Source: Phoronis australis (Eukaryota > Animalia > Phoronida). From it: 64,000 bases of DNA. Position 1 is the first letter of the stretch, and each line of letters opens with the position of its first letter. The notes beneath the pieces are model-generated. The model was not told where the DNA came from and did not search any database. It worked only from the letters and a program-made list of their open reading frames with translations. The translations under genes and the position numbers were made by a program. This document shows, in pieces, positions 1 to 12,800 of the stretch. Location: positions 11,251 to 75,250 of the forward strand of contig NMRA01000253.1 in NCBI GenBank assembly GCA_002633005.1, read 5' to 3'.

Positions 1-2254
1 TCACGCAGTCGCTCGCGCTTTAGCATTGCTTGATGTAACCTCAGCAGTCATTGGTTAGCTTTACAACACCGTGAAAAAATGGCGGGCTGTGAACGATTTT
101 TAGCCTTGTCATGCAAGTGGCGTCGCAGCAACTATTTCGTTTCTTCATTGATGTTTAATAGCCGCGTGCTTGAAGCACATACATGTGCAATAAGCACTGC
201 ATATCTGACCGATCTAACCAGTGTGTTATTCACTGTATGAATACAGGACAGTCTCGTAAACAAAAGTCATCGACACTAGAAATATGCACTCCGAAAAAGC
301 GCAACCACAATTTCTAGGATTCACTTTTCCCGCTGAACATGAATTTTGAGCACCGATTTGTCTGTACAACAGACCACATTATTTTACACTTCAGTCCATC
401 ACTCATGCGAGTTTGTTTGCGTAAAGCGCTGTCTGTTGAGAATCCGACCAGCCAATCAGAAACGCTGGTATACAAAAATTTGCCGAGGAAAATAAAGAGA
501 TGACTACGTGCTGGCACGGCTACCGCCCCACCTAGCGGCACGCAGGAAACCAGCGAGGTCCATGTAGTTGTAGTCTATATGGTTACCAATGACTTTAGCA
601 GCACATACATAACGCACCACTATGTTATGACCAGGGGTACACTTGGCATTAAATAGTAATTAGGTACTGTAATCTAGCAGGCAAACATGCCATGTTTCTA
701 ACCATGAGTTTTATAGGTCCCACTGGCAAAATTTTCAAAAGAACTACTTATTTGTCAGTATTAAAGAAGCATAGTGCATAAAATAAGCATGCGTAATAAC
801 ACAAAATTTAACTCATACTTCTCATTAAATTCCAACAAGAGCAATGTAGAGTATTGTTTTAACAAAAGAGCATCTATCATGCTTGGGAGACGCACCATAG
901 GGGGCTGTGGGGGCAATAGCCCCCCACTTTTTTCAGTGCTACGAGGCACATCGTCTATAGGCAGTGCACCACAGTGGGGCTAAGGGGGCTTTAGCCCCAA
1001 CTTTTTCAGTGCTGCGCTGCCCATGCCATGTGCATCACAAACGACAGATACAACGGGTCTCAATAACTTGAAACATGCTTGCAGGGAGCATAGCACAAAT
1101 CCCTAAAATTTGCAAGGTAATACTTTCATTGTCGCTAAATTTCACAAATTCAGAGGAGCAATTTGGCATGTAAAGAGGTGAATATACGGATGGTATGCAG
1201 CACAACTGCCATTCACCAGAGGGCCAGTGAAACATTGGTCTTATCCGTTAACAATTACCCGACACTTGATGCTCTTGTTAAAAGTTACATGCCAATATAT
1301 TGTCACGATATGGTGAGGCAATATACACCTAGATTCAAGTGGGCTAAAAAATACAGCTTCCTTGCAAAACTTGACACTTAGAAGACAATGATAAAAGTAA
1401 TCACTTGTTAGAGCAATGGTTTATGCACAAGTCATAGTTTCAAGTGAGATGTCACGGCATAAGCACAACTACCACATAACTATTTTTTTGTAACAAAAGA
1501 AAGAAACATTTTTATTGAGTTTTATCTCCAACATTTCACCTACAAAAACTTACATGTCCCGGGGATAAACACTGATATATTTATCACACTGTATTGCTGT
1601 TTACTTTGAACTTTAATTTGCATATAAGCTGACATGATGGGCCCCTAACACTACATCCATCTAGCTTTAGAACACTTGATTCATCACTTTTCAAACAAAC
1701 ATCTCACTTTAGTAAATCCCCTTAAACATGTAGCCTTTGGCACTCAAGGTATAATGATAGAAAAATAACAACAGAAAATTTAGCCTTTCAGGAAGATAAA
1801 CGAACAACTGCAATACAAGACAAAAATAATCCGTATCTAAGCTTACTTATTTACTGCTGATTATCTTTTGTCTTTCAAGAGTTTTCATTTTTACGGACCT
1901 CAAGTTCCCGAGCAACTACTTAGCATGACTGTACTTTTTAAATTATGACAATAAGGAAATGAGAATTTTAATAATACCAGTAGGTATTTTCAGAAACATT
2001 TGCAAGGAAGATCATATTAAGTAAAATTTAGGAATTCTTTACAGCCAAGATTTGCCTCCATAGTCCTCTTCAGATAAATGAGGTAGGTCAAAAATTAACT
2101 TTTTGATCAAATTGAAATTGATATCTAGGAAAAATACACAAAGCCACAGTTTATGGTAAAACTGTCAAACGTACAATTTAAAAAGTCAAAATGACATCGG
2201 ACGGAGTTCACATTTGGTTGAGAAAATCTTGTGATTTGGGTTCTTACAGGTCTG

Positions 2255-2502
2255 GGGCCTGTTCCAAGAAACTGACTTGAGTTCATTTTTGACTTAAGTC
2301 TAAGATTTGTCTTCACTTCCGAAATTTGAAACTTCCACATTTCAAAAGTTGGTCAAAATTAAGACAAAACTTAGGTCATACACTTAAGTCAAACTTAAGA
2401 TCTTTTTCGTGATTTGGTTTTGAGACAAATTCAACTTTTATTTTAAAATTTACTAAAATTTAAGATTTGTCTTAGCTAAGTCAGTTTTATTGGAACGGGC
2501 CC
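2255..2502. mobile_element. MITE with CTG TSD (PIF/Harbinger-like)
   Basis: GGGCCTGTTCCAAGAAACTGACTT ... AAGTCAGTTTTATTGGAACGGGCCC, flanked by CTG on both sides; internal TAAGATTTGTCTT subrepeats. Confidence 0.65.
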
Positions 2503-3164
2503 CTGGACTGGAAAGTGTGTGATCACCCAGTGAAATATGAGGATTCAGTGGGAAATGAAGAGCTCAGCAGAGGGCGCTACATAATGGGCATACGTGTGCA
2601 CAGTGAATTGAATAACCATCCCAATGACACTATAGTGCCATTGCGCCGCTCACAAAAACAAGGTCAAATATAAACTCTGGATATAAGTATATCGGTAACA
2701 TTTGGACAATTGAGCTATGGAAAGAGGAATGTTATTTACGATAGATATATGAAGAGCTACTGATAAAGACTTGGACGTTTTCTTAAAAAGTATAACTTAA
2801 GTATAGAGAGAATATTTATATTTTAAGTCATTAAAGCACAAAACTTGTAAAAAAGTATTTGCCATAGCACATAGTAGCCCTTTATGGAAAAATTAAAATT
2901 TTGGCAATATTTTTTGTGTGCACCATAATTGCACAGTAACTGAAAACACACTGCGACATAATCTCAATACTCCCCCAGGTGCCAGACCACAGTTTTTGTT
3001 TGCTCGGCCTAAGTCAATAACTGGGGGTACCCTGGACACATACCCCCACATCAATAGCATGAGAGAGGATTCAAATACCCATCCTAGTAGGTAGCAATTG
3101 TTCCCAACACGACCTCCCACCCAATACTGTAGTAAGCACTTGTGGCAGTTGCCACCTGTAACAT

Positions 3165-3838
3165 TTATTTAAGAGCATCTGGGAGCTCTAAATAAACCTG
3201 TTCCTCCCCATTTTGTTCACTGGTATCGCAAATGGACGTGGAATGCGACTGTGGGCTAGGTGGGGTGTAGGATGAAGGATTCTGAATGGGGCTAGACAGA
3301 GGGTCAGACTCGAGGCTGGGTGGGTGAATGGGTGGGAGAAGGGGTTGGTGGTTGTTCTGAAGTCTAGATGGCTGAATGGTGGGTACGTTGGTGGGCAAGG
3401 GGTTGGACGGAGAGTTGGGTTGGGGGGAGTTTGGAGGACTGGAGTGACTACAGTTGAGAGACCTGAATAACTTGAAGGGCCTCACAGATGGAAAGTTTCC
3501 ATATCCATGCTTTTTACTTTGCCAGACAAGGATAACAAAAATAATTATGACTGTAATCGAAACACCACCAATAAAAGCACCAATAACATAACCAGCGACT
3601 GTGCCACCATCTACAAAGCTTCCATCAGGAGCTTTGGTTGTGGCACTTGTTGGAGGAAATTGAGGGTTGTTACCACCAGCACAGATGGTGCAGATAACGT
3701 CAGACATCTTGCTACCTTTCTTCTTCACTCCACAAGGTCCACAGTCTTTGTGGTTGATGCATCGCTCAGTAAATGAGTAGTTTGCAGAAAACTGACCTTC
3801 TTTACACTCAGCACACTCATTACTGGTGTTGAATGTTG
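3165..3838 (-). CDS. TNFR-like gene coding exon 2 (end of CRD3, CRD4, TM, cytoplasmic tail)
   Basis: AG acceptor at 3840-3839; phase matches exon 1; stop TAA at 3167-3165. Confidence 0.88.
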
Positions 3839-6800
3839 CTGGAAACAATGAATGAAAACAAATCAGTTTGATAGGGACTTCAAAACATTGTCTAAATTGG
3901 CTAACTTGCGAAGACAATGTATCAGAAATGGATTATCAGAATGATAAAAAACGTTCATATACTAGTCTTCGCGCAGCGTTCTCTAAAACTTAGTTAGAAA
4001 TAGACTGAAGACTGGTTCGAGTAAATCACTTTTATTAATCTCTACTGAATGTTCAGAAGTCAACTCAAACAAAACCTCCAATCGACGTAATGTCTGTTCT
4101 GTGCTCCAAACAGTGCTGCGAAGCCATGACTTTTGATGATCTCTTCAATCTTTTCACTGTTACAAGCAATAACCTGCCATCAGGGAAATTGGCTCTCTAT
4201 TGACAAACACTGTAACTGCTGATTCAATGACTTCAACACATCACTCAACTCTATCTCACCTCACTCAACACCAAATGCAACTGACTAACATACCAGAGCC
4301 CTTGTATTAATCTTACAATGTTTGTTCCCGAAATTTTCACTATACTAAACAGACACTTGTAACACAAACAAGACTTTTTAGAATATTCCAGAATATGGTT
4401 CTACTTTCTAATTGTTTACATAATGGAACATTCTTCTAGAATGTCCTATAGAACAAATTATGTCATCACTAGGCTGACGCCATGGACAATCTCATGGAAT
4501 GTTCTTCCCTATTCCATTACAAACAAATTACATCATCACAAGCCTGACCTCATGAGTGGTATCAATCAAGTGCTACAGCAAAATCAGTGAACAAAAGAAA
4601 AACATCATTAGATAATCCCAAATAATTTGAAAATGAGACACTGAAGCCAAAAATGGAAAACATCTCCTGAAAGACCGTTAAAAACTCTACCTATCAGATT
4701 AGTTTACAAAATTCCACAAATTTTTACAAAATCTTCAAATTTTGCATTTTTTGAAATTGAAAGTCAAATAACTCAAAAATGGAGAGTCTGGGAAAAAATT
4801 GTTTGAGTTCATTTGAAAGAGCATACCTTAGAGAATCCACATACTAATATTCACATCACTTCCTCCAATCTTTCAAAATGGCACCCTAGCACAATTGACA
4901 AGAGCAACACAAAGAGTTGAAATGCATCCACAAATGCACTGCAGACTGTGCATCTAGGGTTGTTTATTTTTATCATAAAATTGGTCACTAGATAGTGCAA
5001 AAACGTCAAATCCATCCGAAAATGATTACATGCCATTGTTTCTTTAATAGAAAGCTATATCACAATTTCATAAAAATTTATTGAGGAAGTTCAGAGAAAC
5101 AAAGAAAAACAGAAAAAATGAAAACTGCCACTAGGGAGCACAGCGTTAGTGGGATCCATCTGAAAGTTGCGGTTTTCTGTTGTTAGCTTCATATAAATAC
5201 ACTTTCTAAATTTACTAAAGATTCTGCAGTGGGTTTAGGAGATACAGCTATGGGTGCAATCACAAAACTTCCACTAGAAGGCATCACGTAGTCAAAGTCA
5301 TCATCGTCAACCATCCTCTTCACACTGAGAATATGACAATTTTTAAAATCGGCCTAAGAATAGTTTGGTTGATAGAGGAGTGGACGCCAAAAAACAGACT
5401 TGAAAACAGCAAAAATGGCCACAAGGTGGTACAAAATACCTTGATTCTATCTGAAAACTTGAGGATAGCATCATCTCACCAATAGATGCTTCTATTTCAG
5501 ATTCTATGAAAAACCGCATGAAAAACTTCGAAGCAATTGGTCTAGCAATACATCCTCTACAGGACAAAATGTTTTCATCCCGAAATCGAGGTGCATAATA
5601 TACAAAGTCCGATATTTCCTCCACCTTTGACCCAGAATCAAATGATTTTCAGCACATTGGTAGTATGTGTCTGGTGCAAGACTCCTACCGATTTTCAGCT
5701 AAGTGCGTAAAAAATTGTGGCCTCTATAGAACATTAGAATCTGAATGCGAAAACAAAATAGCTGCATATCCGTCATCATGATGAAAAACAAAAGGGTTCC
5801 AGCTCTTCCAGAACTATTTAGATTGTGTGTAAGTTTCCTGAAAATCGGACAAAAACTACGACCTGTAGAGTGTGAACAAAAAAAGAAAATTGATGGCAGA
5901 GCAACAAAAATCTGCCAAGTAACAAAATAAAACTTAAAGAACCACAAATATAGTGTCAGCCTATGCCTGATAAGCCACGAGAGACAGCTGTCACCATGTC
6001 ACTTGTCATGGCACAACCTGCTTTACTTTTAATTACCATATTTGCCCTAATAAGCGCCCAAGGCGCTTAAAAAATCGTTTTTGGAGGGGGGCTCTATTGT
6101 AGCCTAAGGCAGTTGAAACCTGTGGTCTCCAAAACGAGTGAAATTGGAAGCTAGGATTCATCAAATTTACGCTCCGCGACGTATCTGTAACCTATGACTG
6201 ACTTTCATAAGATTGTGTCGCACTGCTATCAAACATCATTGTTAAATTACTATCCTTTTTCAGAAAATTGTGCGAAAATCCCAGGGCGAAAACAGTTGCC
6301 GAATGAAGAATCGCTGACTCCCAATCATCGATAGGGCAACTTGAATTCTTGAATAAAAATACAGTTTTGAATAAACAAATTACCTGAAATCCACCTTAAG
6401 TTTTTCAAATAGCGTCCCTAAGATTTTTAAGATCCTGTGGAGTCGGGATTAACAGCAGATTAAGTCCAAATCTGTGCTAGATTGCACCATACGCAACACG
6501 AGAAAAATCTGGACGAACACACATGTTGTTGTGATGTGACGTTTGTTTAGAAGTTTGTCTGTGTGTGCGTGCCGAGTGAGCGAGTGCATGCATGTCATCA
6601 GAGTTCATTTGCCAGCATAGCATACATGTATGTGGCGCGCGCTTCCTGGCCACGTGCTTTTAACACTGGTCAAGTTTTATTAGGCTTGATTTGCGGTTTT
6701 TAAGTGTACAAAGAAATCTGGATTCCTATTGAGGGAGATCTGTACGGGAAAGATACAAAACAATCCCTTCGACAAGTACACTGCGCCTGTTCTGAAAGGC

Positions 6801-9800
6801 TTGACCATGGTGGGACACGTTCCTCGCAAGATCAGCAAATCTTTTGCGTTCTTTTTGAAACATTACTGAAGTTTGAAGTGTACAGCCCACATACCAATAT
6901 AGCGGTGAGGCTCGTGGTCTAAAAGAGCCCCACACAATGATTTTTTCAGGAATGTCGGATATTATTGGTCAATTGAAGAAATTACTATAGAATTTTAGAA
7001 CTGTACGTAAGGCATTTTTCGCATGTTTACACGCTCATGGGGTGGGCACTTATTTTACCAAAGTCTGAAAACGCATACGGGGCACATATAGGGACATGGG
7101 TGCTTATTAGGGCGAATATGGTACTCACATTTACATGACAAGAATGCAAACTGGATGAGCACGAGTCACTTATACGAAGACTGTCTACGCATGCTCGCAT
7201 AAACTGAATAGTGAATGTCAAAACCACATGTGTGGAATGCCAGCTGAACACTGGCAAGCGTTCAGTAACGCTAGGACCTACGCTAGGACTTAGCTATAAT
7301 CTAGCCAAAATCAAGTGTTCTTATTCAAAATACATGGCAATATCTCACGTAATCCCGCAAAGTTTTACGCTATTGCACAAACGCATTGAAAGATGATCCC
7401 TTTCTGCCCTGCCCCAGTGAATTTAGACGTGTAGTTGAAACTGGAGCAACTTATTGAGAGCAACTCGCTCTATCTGTCAAACCAAGGTAAAAAAAACTGG
7501 CCGTCGCAGTGTCACTTACTCGTGTTTTACGTCACAGACTTGCACCCAATCAGCTGTTCCGTGTTAGCTACGCCGAGTCAGCTGTCTCTCGAGTAAATGT
7601 GGCTATATAGTCATGTAGTGGAGCTAATTACCTCTGTGGTGGGCAAACTGGTTGTCTAGCTTAGATGACTGATTGGATTATATCCTCAGTCAGCAAATTA
7701 CTATTTTGTGACTAAGCCGATGAACTTTGATATAATGAACATAATTGTTTGTTCTCCAGTGGCCACTCAAGTTTTGTCACCCCGGTTCATCAACTTTTGC
7801 TCGACTATTTGAACGCAGTAAAACTAGATCAACTTACTAACTGCATAAAACTACAGCAGAATGAATGTTCAAGAAAATTACTAAAGGCATAGTAAAATCA
7901 AATGTTAAACAGTCTTGCAGTTTATTTCAATGAGGTGCTTTAACACAAACAAGAAACGCTTAAATGCAAGGGCCTCACACCCTTTAGGGGAAGATGCCTG
8001 TACCTCCTAAAAAGGTATTTTCGTGGCGTTTTTCATTTTTATAAAAGAATTAATTTTCACATGTCTTTTAACTTGAGGCAATTTTTTAGATGTTTATTTA
8101 CTACACTACTTTTTACTATTTTATTCTTTCAACTTTAAAGATAAACAATAAAAAGCATGCTAATTTCCATTGTCACACTGCTTGACTGATCTGAAGGCAT
8201 GCAACACCAAGACAACGGTTCATTTTTGCATAAGCACAGAACAATGTTGTGGTAAGAAAACAGCCATTGCAAGAAAAAATCTTTCTAAACTTTAGTAACT
8301 AAATATGACATCACCACTAACCTCCAGCTTGAACTTTCTTACACAGTTTACGCTGCATATTCTTCACAGATATATACTGAAATCCGTTTTTATATGCATC
8401 ACATACAGTAACACTACTGGGTCGAAAGGTGAAAATACAGCTGTTTGTACAGACTTAACGCCATGGTCCTAAAGCATTGCATTTGCTGATAAAGTGCTAT
8501 CATGTTAGGCGCTTTTTTGGATTTGGTGCTTTGAAACTTGTTCTAACTGAGCACAATGGAATTATTCCACCATTTTATGAACATGTCGCAATTGTATCTT
8601 ATAGATGAATGCATGGAAAACACAGACTACTGACGGGGCAATGGATACAAATACGAGTTATTTTTGGAGTCATAGTTGCATTGTGTCATTCTACAAATTG
8701 AGCCCATTTACTAATAACCTAACATGGCCACATCATGCTAAACATCTCCAATCACTATAATTGTTCTCAAGAAACGCTCAGTTGAGTGATTGATAAATTT
8801 CATCATTGGAGCTTTACAAACAAAAAAGAGGTGCGGACAGAGACTTTTAATTGTTACCCATTAGAAATGGAAAAAAGCTGTGGTTTCAAAATGAAAATGG
8901 TTTTCAAAATGAAAATGGCGTACGTGATACTGGCGATGACGCAGCCAAAATAACCAACATCATTACCGTCAAAGGTCAAAAATGAATGTAGAGAAAAATT
9001 CCCTATCTTGTCCTGAAAACTGGTTGCATTTATCATTGTCCAATGCTAGTCCCTTTATTTGCCATCAAATACCGTGTAGGACTACCAAAAACTTAAAAAA
9101 GCAACCTAAGTTCAATAACCAATCTCAATGGCTATGATATTCCATCAATCCCATCTCCTTTTCAAAGTGCGTTGACATAGGCCTACATGTCGACCAACAC
9201 AAGAATTATGCATTTGCTAAGTATTTTTGCCATTTCTGTGGTGCTAATATGGTGTAGCGCCAAAATGATACACATTTTCGTAATTAATACACATTTTTGC
9301 CAATTGTTCAAAATAAAGTTTTCAACCTCGCTTTTGTTTTTATTGGCAAGAATTATTTGTCGAAATAATCTCATATCACGAGCCTTACTTGAGAAGTCCA
9401 AAGGAGTATAATAAAACTCACAGTTACTAGATGTAAGAGCCTCGACTCTAGAGTATAGAAACCTGACAACTATTGAGGCAGATAACATCACTGTAAGTAC
9501 ACATATCAACATTTCAAGACTTCCAGGAAAGGGTGGATTGCAACTGGGGAAGACCGGTGATGCTGGAGAGACAGGTGACTCCTAGGAAAGATTGGATTGG
9601 GGCAGGCAGGGCCAGCACCCCGGCCTGCAGCTCCGTTTATAGGAGAACCCATACTCATGCTACGTCAAACCGTAAGGAAGGATACCCCCAGAGTCTCCCG
9701 AGAAGGGGGGAGAATGAGAGACTCACAACCGCGGATAACACGGAAACCACTTTGGAGTTTCACCACAATCATATACAACATGGCTGTAGAGTGGTTTGGT

Positions 9801-12800
9801 GCACAGGATGAGCGAACAAGAGCACCACGGCAAAAAGTCCCGAGAGGCAACAGACAGGAATGACGTATCAAGGAGATATGAGCTGAATTAAGATCACTTG
9901 GGAAGGCTTTACACAGAGCCCACGAGCATGAGAAGTTCGGGCAGCAGTGGCTTACAGATGACTTGCGGTATAACGTCAGGGGCCTGCGGAATGCAGACAG
10001 GTAATTATGCCGAGCCAAGAAGGAAAGAGCTAAGCGCAGGTCTCAGTTTTTCAAGGACCCCTTCAGATTTACAAAGAGCTTACCGATGGAAGAGAGACCA
10101 GGAGAGTTTCAGTCAAGCAAGGGCGAGATAGAGCAACATCTCATCGTAGATCATGGTGACGACAGACGAGATGTGCATCTTGGAGTCTGTTCAAGAGTTG
10201 AGGCTGTGAATAGGCCAGAGAGTGAACTAGATATGAAAGAACCTACGTGAAAGGAACTGCTGCTGGTGGTTAAGAAAGCACGATCGGGTACAGTCCCAGG
10301 TCCAAGTGGCATCCCGTACAAGACCTACAAGAAGTGTCCCTTGCTGCTAGGACAGCTGTGGCTGATTCTAAGAACAATATGAAGGAAGAGCAAGATACCA
10401 GGTGGCTGGAAGGTTGAAGAGGGGTGCTTTGTGCCCAATGAGAAGGATTCTGCTGTAATTGGCCAGTTTAAAAAAGTATCACTGCTGATTGTAGAAGGCA
10501 AGATGTTCCTTAGGATCCTTGTTAGGAGGGTGACCTCCTATCTCCTAAACAACAAGTATATAGACACATCTGTCCAGAAGGAATTCCTGGTTTCTCAGGC
10601 TGTGTTGAACATACGAGTGTCTTGAGTCAGCTGATTAGGGAGGCCAAGTCAAAGAGAAAAGACCTGACATGTGTGTGGTAGGACATGGTCAATTACTATG
10701 GTTCCATCCCCACCAGCTGATCCACATGGCATTGGAGTACTATCACGTTCCGGAGTATATCAGTCGCATGTTAACAGATTACTTTCGAGGAATTCCGTTG
10801 AGGTTTACTGCAGGTGACAACACTACAGACTGCATCAAGTTGGAAAGAGACATAATAACTGGACATACCATCTCTCCTACTCTGTTGATCATGGGGATGA
10901 ATTTTATGATAAAGGCCGGAGAAAGAGTATGTAGGGGTCCGATGCTACAGTCTGGTATCGTGAGTATTTATGGACGACTAAACAATAACTATGGTGACGC
11001 ATGTGCAAGCTCGGTGAGTATTCGCAGCACTATATGACGTTGCAACATGGGCTCGTATGAAGTTCAAGCCCAGGAAGTCGAGACTCCTGATAATGAGAGG
11101 CGGGAAAGTGGTCAACAGATTCACCTTGACCATTCGAGGCGAAGAAATTCCATCAATTGCTAACAACCCCACCAAGTGCCTAGGCAAATGATACGATGAT
11201 ATCCTGTGCTAGAAGAACAATATCAAGCAGATGGAGACCCAAGTGATAGAGTGGTTGAAGAGGATAGAGAAAAGCAGTCTTCCTGGCAAGTACAAGGCAT
11301 GGATTTCCAGCACAGTCTGTTACCTTGAGCATAATGGGGTTTTATGGTGTAAGACATCCCGATATCTGTAGTAGAGTGCCTTGAGAGAACAGTAGGCAAG
11401 TGGCTGAGAAAGTGGTTGGGAGTCCCAAGAAGCTTCACACAGATTGGTCTTTACAGCATAACTGCAGACCTTCGGCTGCCACTAGCGTCAATCACAGAGG
11501 AGTTTAAAGTACAAAAGTGCAGGCCGGTACTAACCTTACGCGACTCTAGAGATCCGAAGGTGAGGGAGGCAGGTGTCCTCAGACGAGATCAGGGAGACGG
11601 TGGTCAGTGGACACATCTGTGAGCCAGGCAGAGAGCTTGTTATAGATCAGAGATAAAATTGGTAGCACCTGCGTAGAACATCAAGGGTTGGAGACATCCC
11701 AGTTCCAACAGTACGTGGGAGAAGTCAAATGAGAGACAGTGGAGGGATATGGTCCAAGCTAAGGTGAGAGCAGCAGAGGAGGAAGCCCATAAAGCCAAGG
11801 CAGTCCAACTAAGCCAGCAGAGAGCATGGACCAGGTAGAATCTTCCACAGAGGAAGATATCGTGGGCAGACTTGTGGAAGATGCAGCCGATGCCTATTCA
11901 GTTCCTACTTCGCTAGGTTTATGACGTGTTACCATCGCCTTCAAATCTTCTATGCTGGGGCCTAGTGGACGACCCAGCCTGCCAGTTGTGTGGAGGAAGA
12001 GGTACATTGGCCCACATCTTATCAGGGTGCAAGATGGCACTTCAGCAGGGCCGATACAGAAGGCGTCACGACCAAGTACTGAAAACCCTTGCTGACATCA
12101 TAGAGTGTAAGACAAGAGCAACTCAGCCTAGGGCAAGTAGCCAACACATTCAATTCATCAGGGCTGGTGAGATACGGAATAAGTCACATCAGCAGCCTTG
12201 CATCCTGGATGGAGTGAGCTGGGAAGTGAGAGTAGATCTGGGAAGAAAGCCTGAGTTCCCGAGTATTGTTGAAACATCACTGAGGCCTGACATCATTCTG
12301 TCATGATGGAGTTCTGTCATTCAGCAACTTTTCCAGACGTGAGGGGTTCTGAGCGTGCGATAACATCTGGCTCCTTTGCTAACTGCCCAGCACAGTCTTT
12401 AGTCCAGTGTAACAGGAGTGCCCTGGACTTGATTATGTAAGTAAGATATATGCGCCCTCTAGTGATCAAGCTGTGTATTACGTATGGAATTTTCCTATGA
12501 TTTTGAGTCCTTTGGACATGGCCAAATATGGTCATAAGCTAGGAGCTATGGGCCTTGCCCTTCAGATCGTGTCTGATTGGTTGAAATTGTGTACTTAAGC
12601 TTTGTCTCTGTCAGACACGAGGAGTCCAGTCGCAGAGTTCAAGAAGCAAACATTTACACTTTCACTCACACCAAATTGCAACTGTTTGTGAAGCTTTCGG
12701 GCTCCTCCCGAACTTGGTTGCCAATAGTTTAGCCCCAGCAATTCTCGGGCTCCTCCCGAGCTTGATTGCATCTCACCTTTCGGATCTGAGTAACCAAATT

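Noticed and set aside
3942-4540. Possible solo LTR (TG...CA, AATAAA on the minus strand) in the TNFR intron
   Set aside because: No matching TSD at any candidate boundary; evidence too thin.
4560-5990. A-rich stretch resembling a common invertebrate interspersed repeat
   Set aside because: No TIR, TSD, coding remnant or second copy in the window to define it.
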